A stretch of 64,000 nt of DNA from an uncultured Acidimicrobiaceae bacterium (lineage in GTDB: Bacteria; Actinomycetota; Acidimicrobiia; Acidimicrobiales; Palsa-688), in assembly GCA_963834725.1 (NCBI GenBank), contig CAWICN010000001.1:1038831-1102830 (forward strand), read 5' to 3'. Shown piece after piece: positions 28,730 to 37,757 of this stretch (the first letter of the stretch is position 1; each line of letters opens with the position of its first letter). The position numbers and the translations under genes were made by a program. The notes under the pieces were generated by a model. It did no database searches, was not told the origin of the DNA, and saw only the letters and a program-made list of their open reading frames with translations.

Positions 28730-29531
28730 CTATTGCGTCCAGAGCCCACAGGGCTCCAGTGGTTCTGAAGCTGCGTCGCCCGCCGTTTCGGCCTTCACCG
28801 CTTCGATGGCGGCCGCGACTGTATCGATGGCGCGCGTCAGGGTCCGTCGGGTCGTCCCGAGAGCACCGAACCGTTCGTAGAGATCCGTCAGTTCGGCCCA
28901 GTCCGCCATTCGTTCTTGTTGAGTGCCCAAACACCATGGTGGGCGAGGCGAGCGTGAGCTGCTTGCATTGTTACTCGGGCGAGACTGCCGGCGCAGTTGA
29001 CTGGGTTTTCGGTCTTCACCCAATGCTGGGCATAGCTGAGCTCGCTGTCCGCCCCATCCAGCCAGGCGCGCGGGGCCTCCCGCCGTAGCGCAGGTGGGTA
29101 GGTCGTTGTGGGGAGATCGCCTACGAGCGTTTGGCTGATGGCGAGTTCGCCGGTGAGCATGTAGGTGGGGATGCCGGCCAGGTGGAAGCCGAGGAGGTGG
29201 ACCTCGAAGCGCCCCTGCTCTGCCTCCTGGGTCCAGTGCTCGACGACGTCGAGGTTTCGGTAGTGGATGTCGAAGTGGCGGCCATCGAGGTCGAACACGG
29301 CGCCTCCGTACATGACCTGGCCCATTCGAAGGGTCGGTACACCCGGCCGGGCCAGCCCAATTCTTCGAAGTAAGCGATGTCGATATTGCCGCGGAAGTAG
29401 ACCGCGAAGTCCCAATCGCTATCGGGGCGGTGGTCTCCCCGAGCGTGGGAACCCGCCGAGGGTAACGGCGACCATGTTCGGGAGCCGCCGGCACGCGGCC
29501 ACGACGTTCGCAACGAACTCGTCATCGGTCA
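28730..29531 (-). pseudogene. Nucleotidyltransferase-domain protein with helical (HEPN-like) C-terminus; three frameshifts
   Basis: Four segments in three frames: MTDDEFVANVVAACRRLPNMVAVTLGG / SHARGDHRPDSDWDFAVYFRGNIDIAYFEELGWPGRVYRPFEW / GQVMYGGAVFDLDGRHFDIHYRNLD...AAHARLAHHGVWALNKNE / RMADWAELTDLYERFGALG... The shifts are near 29450, 29320 and 28908. Confidence 0.7.
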
Positions 29532-29581
29532 TGAGTTGCTCCTGAACCTTGGGATGAACGCTTCGTGGCCGCCTGGGGTGG

Positions 29582-30283
29582 CTATGCCAGCTCTTCGGCG
29601 GCGGCGAGAGCTGTGGTTGCCCATATCTGTGGCGAGGGCTGCTCCGCGGCTACAGGGGCGATCCTTTTTCGGACAGACGGGCGTGCGTTATGTATGAGAG
29701 TGCTGGCCTGGTCGGCGTGCACCACGGCCGCCACGAGCAGGTCCTCGAGCGGGAGTGCCCCCAACACTTTGACTGGGTGAATCCCGTCAAAGCGGGCCGA
29801 GTCGAGCCCGACGAGTTCGGCCCAGCGGAAGTAGAAACGGACCGCCGGTGGATAACCGGGCCGAAGGTCGGCGGGCAGCAGGTCGCGGCCCAGTGTGCGG
29901 CTGAGCGCGACGGCCTCAGGTGCTGTGCAGCGCCCGATGGCGAACATGACATGGTCGAAATAGTCGGCCGGCTCGCCCCATGAACTTGCTGCGGCCAACT
30001 CTGAAGCGTCCCGGCCCGTGGCAGATGTCGCAGGAAGCAGCAGTCCCGATTCAACGATGCGGAACGCCGTTGGGAGCGGGGATCCATGGCACACGAGCGC
30101 GGATGCGCATCCATCGGGATAGGCATTCGAACAGCATTGGGTCGGCGCGCTGTCCGGTGCTAAGCGCTGCTCGGGGGGGCTCCAGGCGGCCCAATCTTGG
30201 AGGTCAGGATCCGCGTCGACCCGCACCGTCCGCCCGTGGCTTTGTTCGTACGCGAGGAAGTCGGAGACGGACTGGTAGTCCAA
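29582..30283 (-). CDS. Hypothetical protein (233 aa), possible ADP-ribosyltransferase-like fold
   Basis: Intact ORF. It contains ALVCHGSPLPTAFRIVESGLLLPAT (an H-G-S ... GL pattern as in PARP/Tpt1/DarT-type enzymes), then DYFDHVMFA / RFYF, then PLEDLLVAAVV. The assignment is pattern-based only. Confidence 0.55.
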   Translation of the reverse strand: MDYQSVSDFLAYEQSHGRTVRVDADPDLQDWAAWSPPEQRLAPDSAPTQCCSNAYPDGCASALVCHGSPLPTAFRIVESGLLLPATSATGRDASELAAASSWGEPADYFDHVMFAIGRCTAPEAVALSRTLGRDLLPADLRPGYPPAVRFYFRWAELVGLDSARFDGIHPVKVLGALPLEDLLVAAVVHADQASTLIHNARPSVRKRIAPVAAEQPSPQIWATTALAAAEELA

Positions 30284-30535
30284 CAGTGTCGGGCCGTCGG
30301 GTCGTATCGCGTGTCGGTATCGCCATTCGCCGTCCGGGCCGTGGGTTTGTCAAGTTGATTTGGCCCCACCGCGATGGTTTGATTTGGCCCCATCTGTGGG
30401 CGCGTGTGATCGATGTCGGTCGCTGTCAGCCACGCTGAGTGACGGTCGTTTTTCGAGCGTGTTCTCCGTTGTGGAGGCGGCCCGGGGATTGTCGTTGAGG
30501 GGTGAGGTTCCCCCACTCAGACTGGCTCGGCGCTA

Positions 30536-31944
30536 GTGCCCTGACCGCATACCTGCGCTTGGTTGGGGTCCACCATCTGTGCGGTGGGGTTGGTCATGGT
30601 GGGGGCATGTCTGCACGGGTGAGGGTGCGTCGGTTGACTGATGAGGAGGGCCGCCAGTTGCAACGGATTGTGCGGCGCGGCGGCGGGAAGAGCCAGGTGA
30701 GCGTGGTGCGCTACCGGCGGGCGTTGGTGGTGCTGGGTTCGGCGAGCGGCAACACGGTGGAGGTTCTGGCCCGGCTGGTGCAGACCTCGCCGGATCGGGT
30801 GCGGGAGATGATCCACCGGTTCAACGAGTCGGGGATGGCGTCGTTGGACCCTCAGTGGGCGGGTGGCCGTCCCCGCCGGATAACGACTGAGGACGAGAGG
30901 TTCATTGTGGAGACGGCCAAGACCCGCCCGGAAAAGCTGGGCCGGCCCTTCACGCATTGGAGTATCAAGAAGCTGCGGGTCTATCTGGCCGCCAACCGGC
31001 AGCGGAAGGTGGTGATCGGCAAGGAGCGGCTGCGCCAGATCCTGGCCGCCCATGAGGTGACCTTCCAGCGGACCAAGACCTGGAAGGAGTCCAACGACCC
31101 GGACAAGGAAGCCAAGCTGGATCGCATCGAGGAGCTACTGGAACGGTTCCCGGATCGGGTGTTCGCCTTCGACGAGTTCGGGCCGTTGGCCATCCACCCC
31201 ATCGGGGGCTGCTGCTGGGCCAAGAGGAAGAGACCTAACCGGCTGCGAGCCAACTATCACAAGGCGTGCGGGGTCCGGCAGTTCCACGCCTGCTACTCGG
31301 TGGGCGAGGACCGCCTGTGGGGCGTGATCCGCAAACGGAAGGGGACCGACTACTCGCTGGAAGCGATCAAGTCCTGCCGGCGGGCCCGGCCCGACGGCGA
31401 GCGGATCTACGTGATCCTCGACAACCTCAAGGCTCACAAGGCCAAGGCGATCCAACAGTGGTGCGCCAAGAACAACGTCGAACTGTGCTTCACGCCGACC
31501 TACTCGTCGTGGGCCAATCCCATCGAGTGCCACTTCGGCCCGCTGCGCGACTTCGTGTTGAACAACTCCGATCACGCCACCCACAACGTGTTGGGCCGCC
31601 GCCTGCACGCCTACCTCCGCTACCGCAACGAGCATGAGGCAGATCCGGCCATGCGCCAACGTCTGCGCAAGGAGCGGGCTCGGCTCCGCTCGGAACGACA
31701 ACGCCGTTGGGGCCGCCCAGCATCGCCTCCGGCGGCTCAGGCCGCCTGAAGCTCTCCCGCAGGTGAGTCGTTGCCCCGGTGTCAGTTCAACGCGCCATGC
31801 ATCGTCGTATCGCCCTTCCCGCCCATCGGCGAGACCCCCAGCCGGGCTCTCAAACCCGCTCGCGGCCCGACCGACCGGGACCCTAAATCACAAGCGTGAT
31901 ATTTAATGTCATTTGAAACGCGCGAAGGTTTGTGGCCGAGGCAC
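30536..31944 (+). mobile_element. IS630-family insertion sequence (1409 bp) flanked by TA duplication
   Basis: IRs are GTGCCCTGACCGCATACCT (left) and the reverse complement of AGGTTTGTGGCCGAGGCAC (right). TA is at 30534-30535 and 31945-31946. Confidence 0.8.
30607..31749 (+). CDS. IS630-family transposase
   Basis: Within ORF 30502-31749, ATG 30607 is inside the IS. N-terminal HTHs are followed by a DDE domain (...VFAFDEFGPL...IYVILDNLKAHKAKAIQQWCAKNNVELCFTPTYSSWANPIECHFGPL...). Confidence 0.9.
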   Translation: MSARVRVRRLTDEEGRQLQRIVRRGGGKSQVSVVRYRRALVVLGSASGNTVEVLARLVQTSPDRVREMIHRFNESGMASLDPQWAGGRPRRITTEDERFIVETAKTRPEKLGRPFTHWSIKKLRVYLAANRQRKVVIGKERLRQILAAHEVTFQRTKTWKESNDPDKEAKLDRIEELLERFPDRVFAFDEFGPLAIHPIGGCCWAKRKRPNRLRANYHKACGVRQFHACYSVGEDRLWGVIRKRKGTDYSLEAIKSCRRARPDGERIYVILDNLKAHKAKAIQQWCAKNNVELCFTPTYSSWANPIECHFGPLRDFVLNNSDHATHNVLGRRLHAYLRYRNEHEADPAMRQRLRKERARLRSERQRRWGRPASPPAAQAA

Positions 31945-32195
31945 TAGCCGGACCGGGGTGCCCTCCGGGGTGGTCTGGCTGGCGGCGGGGCAGCGGGGGT
32001 GTGGGGGTAGAGGCTCGCCGGTCAATGAGAATTTTTGGGCCGCCGGTGGCATGGCCGCGACAGGCGTGTCCGGTCTGGGGATTTTTCGATGTGGAAGTGG
32101 CGACCTCCTGGTGTAGTGGGGGTTGTTAATGAGGGGGGTGATTAGACGGGGCGACGGGGGGCTGCTATTCGGTTTGTTGAGGGAGGGACAGCGTT

Positions 32196-32924
32196 TTAGT
32201 CCAGGGGCGCCTCCGGGCTGGCCGGGTGCACTCGGTAGCGCCGCCGGGCGGCGGCGGGGGTGATGCCCAGACTGGTGGCGATGTCGGCCCAGGGGTGGCC
32301 CCCTTGTCGGGCCTGGGCCACCGCGGCCGGGATATCAGCTCGGGCTTGGGCGATGAGGCTGCCCAGGGCGTGCAGGTCGGCCGTGGGGTCGTAGAGCGAA
32401 CCCGGGAAGCGCAACAAGATGAGGGTGTTGAGGGCCTCGGCGAGGATGTGGGCGCTGTGGTGGTCGATGGCCGGGGCGGCGGGCGGGACGGGCAGCTCGT
32501 CGATGCTGATGGCGTCGACGTCGGGGTCGTCCGCAGCGTCGGGGTCGGGCTGGGCTGGGGGTATGGCGGATAGGTAGCGCCGGCCGATGGTGGGCTGGCT
32601 GGCACCCAGGCGCATGGCGATGTCGGACCGGCTGTAGCCGTGCCCGAGAGCGCAGCTGACCTGTTGGGGTATACGGGCTTGGACCTCGAGGGCCAGGCTG
32701 ACCATGCAGGAGAGGCGCACGCCGGGATCGGCCGGCCCGGCCGGGGAGCGCACCGTGCCCAAGGTGTCGAGGGCGTCGTCGACCAGCACGGCTGTGAGAT
32801 AGTCGGGGTAAGGCCGTTGGGCCTGTTCTTCGATATGGGGGTTGAAGACGGGGCTGGGGGCGTCGGGATGGGGCTCGGGGTCGGGGCGGCCCGGCCCCCG
32901 GTAGGGGCAGTAACGGTGGGTCAT
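32196..32924 (-). CDS. Tandem-HTH protein (242 aa) translationally coupled to istB; unknown function
   Basis: Its ATG overlaps the istB stop (ATGA at 32921-32924). There is an internal duplication: ...ARIPQQVSCALGHGYSRSDIAMRLGASQPTIGRRY and ...ARADIPAAVAQARQGGHPWADIATSLGITPAAARRRY. Confidence 0.6.
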   Translation of the reverse strand: MTHRYCPYRGPGRPDPEPHPDAPSPVFNPHIEEQAQRPYPDYLTAVLVDDALDTLGTVRSPAGPADPGVRLSCMVSLALEVQARIPQQVSCALGHGYSRSDIAMRLGASQPTIGRRYLSAIPPAQPDPDAADDPDVDAISIDELPVPPAAPAIDHHSAHILAEALNTLILLRFPGSLYDPTADLHALGSLIAQARADIPAAVAQARQGGHPWADIATSLGITPAAARRRYRVHPASPEAPLD

Positions 32925-33739
32925 CCCGGCTGCTCCTCACCGGTGGCGGGGGGGCTGTTGGACGGGGGGCTGGTGCGCCGTTTGGCCCCCCGGCTGGTTC
33001 GCAAACGATACGAGTCGTGGCCGGTCTCGACGATGAGGGCCTTAAAGGTGAGGCGGTCCACCACCGCCGCGGCCAGCCGGGGATCGCTGAAGGTGGCCCC
33101 CCATTCGCTGAAGCTGGCGTTGGAGGCGCAGGCGATGGACGCCTTTTCTTCTCGTTCGGTGATGACCTGGAACAAAAGCTCGGCACCCCGGGGGTCGAGG
33201 CGCACGTAGCCCAGCTCATCGAGACACAACAGCTCCAGGCGCCCATAGCGGCCCACCACCCGGGACAGCACCCGGTCATCGGCGGCCTCGGCCAACTCGT
33301 TGACCAGCGCCGCGCAGGTCACATAACGCACCCGGCGGCCCGCCTCGCAGGCCGCGATGCCGGTGCCGATCAATAGATGGCTTTTTCCGGTGCCGCTGTC
33401 GCCGATCAAACACAGCGGGCTGCCAGCGTTGATGAACCCGCCCGACGCGAGGGTGGCGATGAGGGCCGGATTGACATTGGGGTTGGCCGAGCAGTCGAAA
33501 TCGCCCAGCCGTTTGGCTCGCGGAAAGCGGGCCTCATGGACGCGCCGGGCCCGGCGGCGGGCGTCGCGCTCGTCGACCTCGGCGGTGAGGATCTCGGCCA
33601 GATAGCCCAGATGGGTGAGCTGTTCCTTGGCGGCCTGGGCGGCCAAGGCGGCGGCCTCGGCTCGCACCGTGGGCAGGTGCAGATCCCGGCAGGCCGCGCC
33701 GATGGCGGCCTGGGCGGCCTCGTCGGTGCGGGCGCTCAT
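32921..33739 (-). CDS. istB: IS21-family helper ATPase IstB
   Basis: Walker A LCLIGDSGTGKSHL, Walker B LELLCLDELGY. Its ATG overlaps the istA stop (ATGA at 33736-33739). Confidence 0.9.
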   Translation of the reverse strand: MSARTDEAAQAAIGAACRDLHLPTVRAEAAALAAQAAKEQLTHLGYLAEILTAEVDERDARRRARRVHEARFPRAKRLGDFDCSANPNVNPALIATLASGGFINAGSPLCLIGDSGTGKSHLLIGTGIAACEAGRRVRYVTCAALVNELAEAADDRVLSRVVGRYGRLELLCLDELGYVRLDPRGAELLFQVITEREEKASIACASNASFSEWGATFSDPRLAAAVVDRLTFKALIVETGHDSYRLRTSRGAKRRTSPPSNSPPATGEEQPG

Positions 33740-35271
33740 CGGGCCACCCCGGCCAGCAGGGCGTCGTAGGCGCCCAAGCTGGGCGCCGGGCGCATGGCCA
33801 GACGGGCGCCGATGGGCACCACCACCCCGGCCGGCTCGGGCCGGGCCCGGTCCTGGCAGCGGCGGGCTTCCACGGCCACCACGTCGGGATCGACCGAGCC
33901 CACGGCCAGAGCCGCCCGCATGCCAGCAGTGACCGCCGCGGCGGGCAGGCTGCGATGCAGCAGCAGCACCATGCACAGCGCCCGGGTGCCGGCCCCGTCA
34001 CCCAGGCGGCGGCGGGCCGCCTCCCAGAACGCCTCGTGAGCGGCCTCGAAGGCGCCCCCGGCGCGGGCCTGGGCCAAGGCGGTGGATCCGGGCAACGCCC
34101 CCGGTTTGCGGATCAAGACTTCCAGGTAGTGATCCAACACCAGCTCTTCGCTGCCCTTGTGCAAGCTACGGCAGTGGCGGGCCACCACCTTGCCGTCCGC
34201 GATCACCTCAAACGAGCGGGCCCCGAGGCGCACCTCCACCCGGCGGCGGGCCAGCCCGGCCGGCACCGAGTACAGACTCTGGCGGACACAGATACGGGCC
34301 TTGGTGTCCACGATGGGGTGCAGCACCGTAGTGGTGTCGAAGACCTCCACCGGCACCGGCCGCAAGAAAGCCCGCTCGCCAGCTGCGGCTTCGCCCACCG
34401 TCTGGTCACGCCATACGATCACCCTGTACTCGTCGGCGACGTCGGCCGCCGCCAGCCGCTCGTTCAGCTCGGCTAGCGACCCCACTCGAGGCACCGGCAC
34501 CAGATGGTTGCGGCGGAATCGGCCTACCTCGCCTTCCACTCCACCCTTTTCATGGCTACCCGCAATGCCCGGCAGACAGTAGAAGCTGTCGAAACCGAAA
34601 TGGCTGCGCAGCGCCACGAACCGGGGGTTCTCTAACCGGGCCCGGCCCAACAGCACCTTAAGCACGGCGTCCTTAAGGTTGTCGTAGCGGATCCGACCCG
34701 GGACCCCGCCAAAATGCTCGAAGGCATCCACATGGCCCTCCAGGAACGCCTCCTGGGCCTGGTTGGCGAAGGCCACATGAAACCCTCGCCCCGAGAAGCT
34801 CAGCCGCATGCAGAACATCCACAACTCGCAATAGACGCTGTCCACCCAGGCCACGAACCCGCCGAAGTCCACCTCGGCCTCCTCGCCCCGGCCATGCTGC
34901 TGGGGCACCATCACGGCCAAATCGTGGTTCTCCAACTCGAAGCGGACCTGGGCCACAAACGCCCGCACCGTGGACTCGGCCACTCCAGCCCCGCACTCAT
35001 CCCGCAGCCGCACCCACACCCGACGGGCGGTATGACGCTGCTTGCGCGGCGCCGCCAAATCGTCGGTCAGCCACTCCCGGATAGTGCCCTGCCAGGGGCC
35101 CAACGCCGGCGACACCCGCTCGGGCACCTTGCGCTCCGGCGGGATCGCCGACGCCAACGCCTGGCGCACCGTACGCCGATGCACCCCGAACCGCTCAGCC
35201 AAGGCACGGATCCCCATGCCCTCCTCACGGTTCGCCTTCCGAATACGTTCATAAAGCTCCACCCTTGACAT
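33736..35271 (-). CDS. istA: IS21-family transposase IstA
   Basis: ORF 33736-35307, with the probable start at ATG 35271 after GGAGAAGGAG. HTH GIRALAERFGVHRRTVRQAL, then a DDE core (...AEVDFGGFVAWVD...RYDNLKDAV...). Confidence 0.9.
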   Translation of the reverse strand: MSRVELYERIRKANREEGMGIRALAERFGVHRRTVRQALASAIPPERKVPERVSPALGPWQGTIREWLTDDLAAPRKQRHTARRVWVRLRDECGAGVAESTVRAFVAQVRFELENHDLAVMVPQQHGRGEEAEVDFGGFVAWVDSVYCELWMFCMRLSFSGRGFHVAFANQAQEAFLEGHVDAFEHFGGVPGRIRYDNLKDAVLKVLLGRARLENPRFVALRSHFGFDSFYCLPGIAGSHEKGGVEGEVGRFRRNHLVPVPRVGSLAELNERLAAADVADEYRVIVWRDQTVGEAAAGERAFLRPVPVEVFDTTTVLHPIVDTKARICVRQSLYSVPAGLARRRVEVRLGARSFEVIADGKVVARHCRSLHKGSEELVLDHYLEVLIRKPGALPGSTALAQARAGGAFEAAHEAFWEAARRRLGDGAGTRALCMVLLLHRSLPAAAVTAGMRAALAVGSVDPDVVAVEARRCQDRARPEPAGVVVPIGARLAMRPAPSLGAYDALLAGVAR

Positions 35272-35475
35272 CTCCTTCTCCCTCGTTCCAACAGGTGTGG
35301 CAACCACGGAACGTAGGGGCTGGTGGTTGAGGGTGGGGCCACTTCAAACCATCAAAAGTGGCCTCAGTGGGGCCAGATCAGGATGTCATTCCCACGTGGG
35401 TTGCCGTGCGGAAACAGCAAACCGCCGCGCCGCAACTCCATCACCGACCAAGAGGTGCTTACCGCGCCGGGTCGC

Positions 35476-35976
35476 TCAGTCATCGCCGTTGTTGACTTCG
35501 GTGTGCGGTTCGTCGGCGCCTACAGGTTCGAACTTGGCCCGCAACTCGTCGTACGCAGCGTCGGAGATCACGAAGCTGTCGACGTGGTGGCGGCTTCGGG
35601 CCCTGAGACGACGCCGGGCAATACTGTCAGGGCAGACAAGTGAGTACAGGACGACGTCGGCCCCAGCCGCGGCGGCTAGCGATCGAGCGTTTTCTCGTTC
35701 GCTGCGCGACCAGAAGCCGAAGTCCAAGACCACGTCGATGCCTCGGGCCAGCAGCTGCGGCCACAGCTCGTCGAGCTGTCGCTTGAGCCGCCGCCACAGG
35801 ACATCGTCGAGGTGTTCGGTTGGGTGTCCGTCGGTGTACAGGCGCAGGTACCACTCGTCGGACGACAGGCGGATGGCCCCGGTCTGCTCGCTGAGCTGTC
35901 GGGCGAAGCTGGTCTTGCCGACGCCCAGGTAGCCGTGGATCAGGTGCGCTGTCGGTTTCGGTCGAGGACCGGTCAT
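35476..35976 (-). CDS. P-loop ATPase / small-molecule kinase-like (AAA_33/zeta-like)
   Basis: ATG 35976: MTGPRPKPTAHLIHGYLGVGKTSFARQL (Walker A)...VVLDFGFW... Its start overlaps the reconstructed stop of the upstream SDR (ATGA at 35973-35976). Confidence 0.75.
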   Translation of the reverse strand: MTGPRPKPTAHLIHGYLGVGKTSFARQLSEQTGAIRLSSDEWYLRLYTDGHPTEHLDDVLWRRLKRQLDELWPQLLARGIDVVLDFGFWSRSERENARSLAAAAGADVVLYSLVCPDSIARRRLRARSRHHVDSFVISDAAYDELRAKFEPVGADEPHTEVNNGDD

Positions 35977-36801
35977 CGCAGGTGAACCACGTTGGCGGTG
36001 ATGAGGGAGCTCAGATCGGAGGCCCGGTAGGCGATGACTGCTGACCTCGTCGGGGTGGGCGACATGCACATGTTCGCTGCTGGAGTGGACCGCTGCTCGG
36101 ACCTGGTCGGTAACCCAGCCTGTCTCGGTGACGGGCGGATAGACCATGTTGGCGGTCACGCCCAGGTCGGCCAACTCCCGCGCGGCGGCCACGGTCAAGT
36201 TTTCCTAGGCGGCCTTGGCCGCCCCGTAGGACACCTCGCCGGGGAAGCCGCCCGGGCCCCCCGAGGTCAGTCCGATGATCCGACCCCACGTCCCGCCCCG
36301 CTGGGCGTGGCGACGAGAGAACTCGCTGATCAACAGTGCGGCGGCCCGGGCATCGACGTGGAATATGCGGTCGAAGCTGGCGGGGCAGACCAGCTGGGCA
36401 CGTCTTCCTATCTGGTCGACCTGCGAGACCGTGAAGATGTCCGAGCACCATCCACTGGCATTGTTGACGAGGATCTCGACCGGACCGAAACGTTCCTCGG
36501 CGATGTCGAAAAGCAGCGGTGCCGAAACGGGATCGGCGAGATCGCACTCGACCGCCTCCGCCGTGCCACCGTCGCCTCGAATAGCACCCACCACCTCCTC
36601 CGCTGACTGGGCCCGGTGGTGGGCATAGGCGTCGGGAACAGCCGGGTCAGGGTCGTCGTCGAGGCGCAGGTAGGTGAGCAGGACCTTTGCTCCCTGGGCT
36701 GCCAGCAGCTCCGCTGTGGACGCGCCGATGCCGTGATTGCCACCCGTGACAAGGGCAACCCGACCCGCTAGGCCGGGCAGGGCAGGAACATCGAAGGACA
36801 T
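35973..36801 (-). pseudogene. SDR oxidoreductase with in-frame TAG (36205-36207) and a C-terminal frameshift (~36040)
   Basis: LVTGGNHGIGASTAELLAAQGAKV...NNASG...SYGAAKAA*ENLTVAAARELADLGVTANMVYPP. The stop replaces the residue after the catalytic YxxxK. The true tail (AVIAYRASDLSSLITANVVHLR) is in another frame. Confidence 0.8.
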
Positions 36802-36916
36802 GCGCCGAGAACCTCCTCTCAGAGATAGGGATCTGGATCAGGGTTCTCAGGCGCGCACGACGCCGACGATAGCCGACAGGGGCTGGGTCACCAGCGAATA
36901 TGTCGACCGGGATCGG

Positions 36917-37717
36917 TCAGGGACCGAGATCCCACAGGAGCCGGTAATAGGCGGTCCGCTCCGGATCTGCCTCCGCGCCGTAAGCGGCCAACAGAGTCGG
37001 CTCCCAGCCAAGTCCGAAGTTCCAGGCGGTGCTCCATGTAGCCACCGCCAGATCCGCCCACCGGTCCGCCACGCCGAGATGGCCGAGGTCAACGTGGCCC
37101 ACCCAGCGACCGTCCGAGCCCACCAGGGTGTTCGGTGCGCAGGCATCTCCATGGCAAACGACCGCACGGTCAACTTCAGGCACATCGAAAAGCAACTCGA
37201 CTGCCTGCTCAACGTTGAGATGCCGGTGTTCTGGGTGCCAGTCGGACCGGTCCAGCAGCCCCGCCTCGGCCCGACGCCGCGCATCATCGAGACGCTCGCC
37301 CGCAGACCACGAGAATGGGCAATCGCCCACAGGCAGAGCGTCGTGGAAGGCTCGAAGCCCCTCGCCGATGGCCGCAACCGCCACCGCGGTGTTCGCCTTC
37401 CATCGGTCTGCGACAGTTGTCTCTCCGGCGACGGCCTCGGTGACGAGCCAACTGCCCTCAGGTCCCGCGCCTCTATCGAGCGGACGAGGCACCGGCGTGT
37501 ACCTGGAAGCCCATTCCATGCGGACCGCCTCGGCTTCGAGGTCGAGGCCGCTGCCGGCCGGGGCCCACTTCACGAACACATGCGCAGGACCCGTACCCAG
37601 CTCGAAGGTCAAGCCGCCCAGAGCGTTCTGCCACACCACGCGGATGTCTCTGCCGGCGGCGAGGCGTCGTACGACATGCGGAACGGCGACATCGTTGGTA
37701 GGTCGGCCCGCGAGCAT
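36917..37717 (-). CDS. Aminoglycoside 3'-phosphotransferase-like kinase (APH(3') type)
   Basis: 266-aa ORF: VVCHGDACAPNTLVGSDGRWVGHVDLGHLGVADRWADLAVATWS...YYRLLWDL. Confidence 0.85.
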   Translation of the reverse strand: MLAGRPTNDVAVPHVVRRLAAGRDIRVVWQNALGGLTFELGTGPAHVFVKWAPAGSGLDLEAEAVRMEWASRYTPVPRPLDRGAGPEGSWLVTEAVAGETTVADRWKANTAVAVAAIGEGLRAFHDALPVGDCPFSWSAGERLDDARRRAEAGLLDRSDWHPEHRHLNVEQAVELLFDVPEVDRAVVCHGDACAPNTLVGSDGRWVGHVDLGHLGVADRWADLAVATWSTAWNFGLGWEPTLLAAYGAEADPERTAYYRLLWDLGP

Positions 37718-37757
37718 GGGCGCAATCTTGACGCGACGCTACGCCGGCCGGGAAGTC

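Larger units (their letters stand above)
25861..28768 (+). pseudogene. Nucleoside hydrolase (IUNH family) split by a 1.9-kb insertion
   Basis: The N-terminal part has the DTDxxxDD motif (IHLDTDFAGDTDDAAALVMLLG). The C-terminal part (LNFQYDPVACAAAADP...VVTDVDGEAFGRLW) resumes at 28435. Joining 25861-26522 to 28435-28768 gives 996 nt (331 aa), in frame. Confidence 0.8.
30348..35395 (-). mobile_element. IS21-family element carrying a third ORF and a nested IS630
   Basis: The ends are related: TGTCAAGTTGATTTGGCCCCAC...TGATTTGGCCCCA (30348-30392) and the reverse complement of 35330-35388, TGACATCCTGATCTGGCCCCAC...GAAGTGGCCCCAC. These are doubled TGGCCCCA(C) sites, as in the multi-repeat IS21 termini. 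GTGGGTT occurs at 30341-30347 and 35396-35402 (possible 7-bp TSD). The exact right terminus is either 35388 or 35395. Confidence 0.7.
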
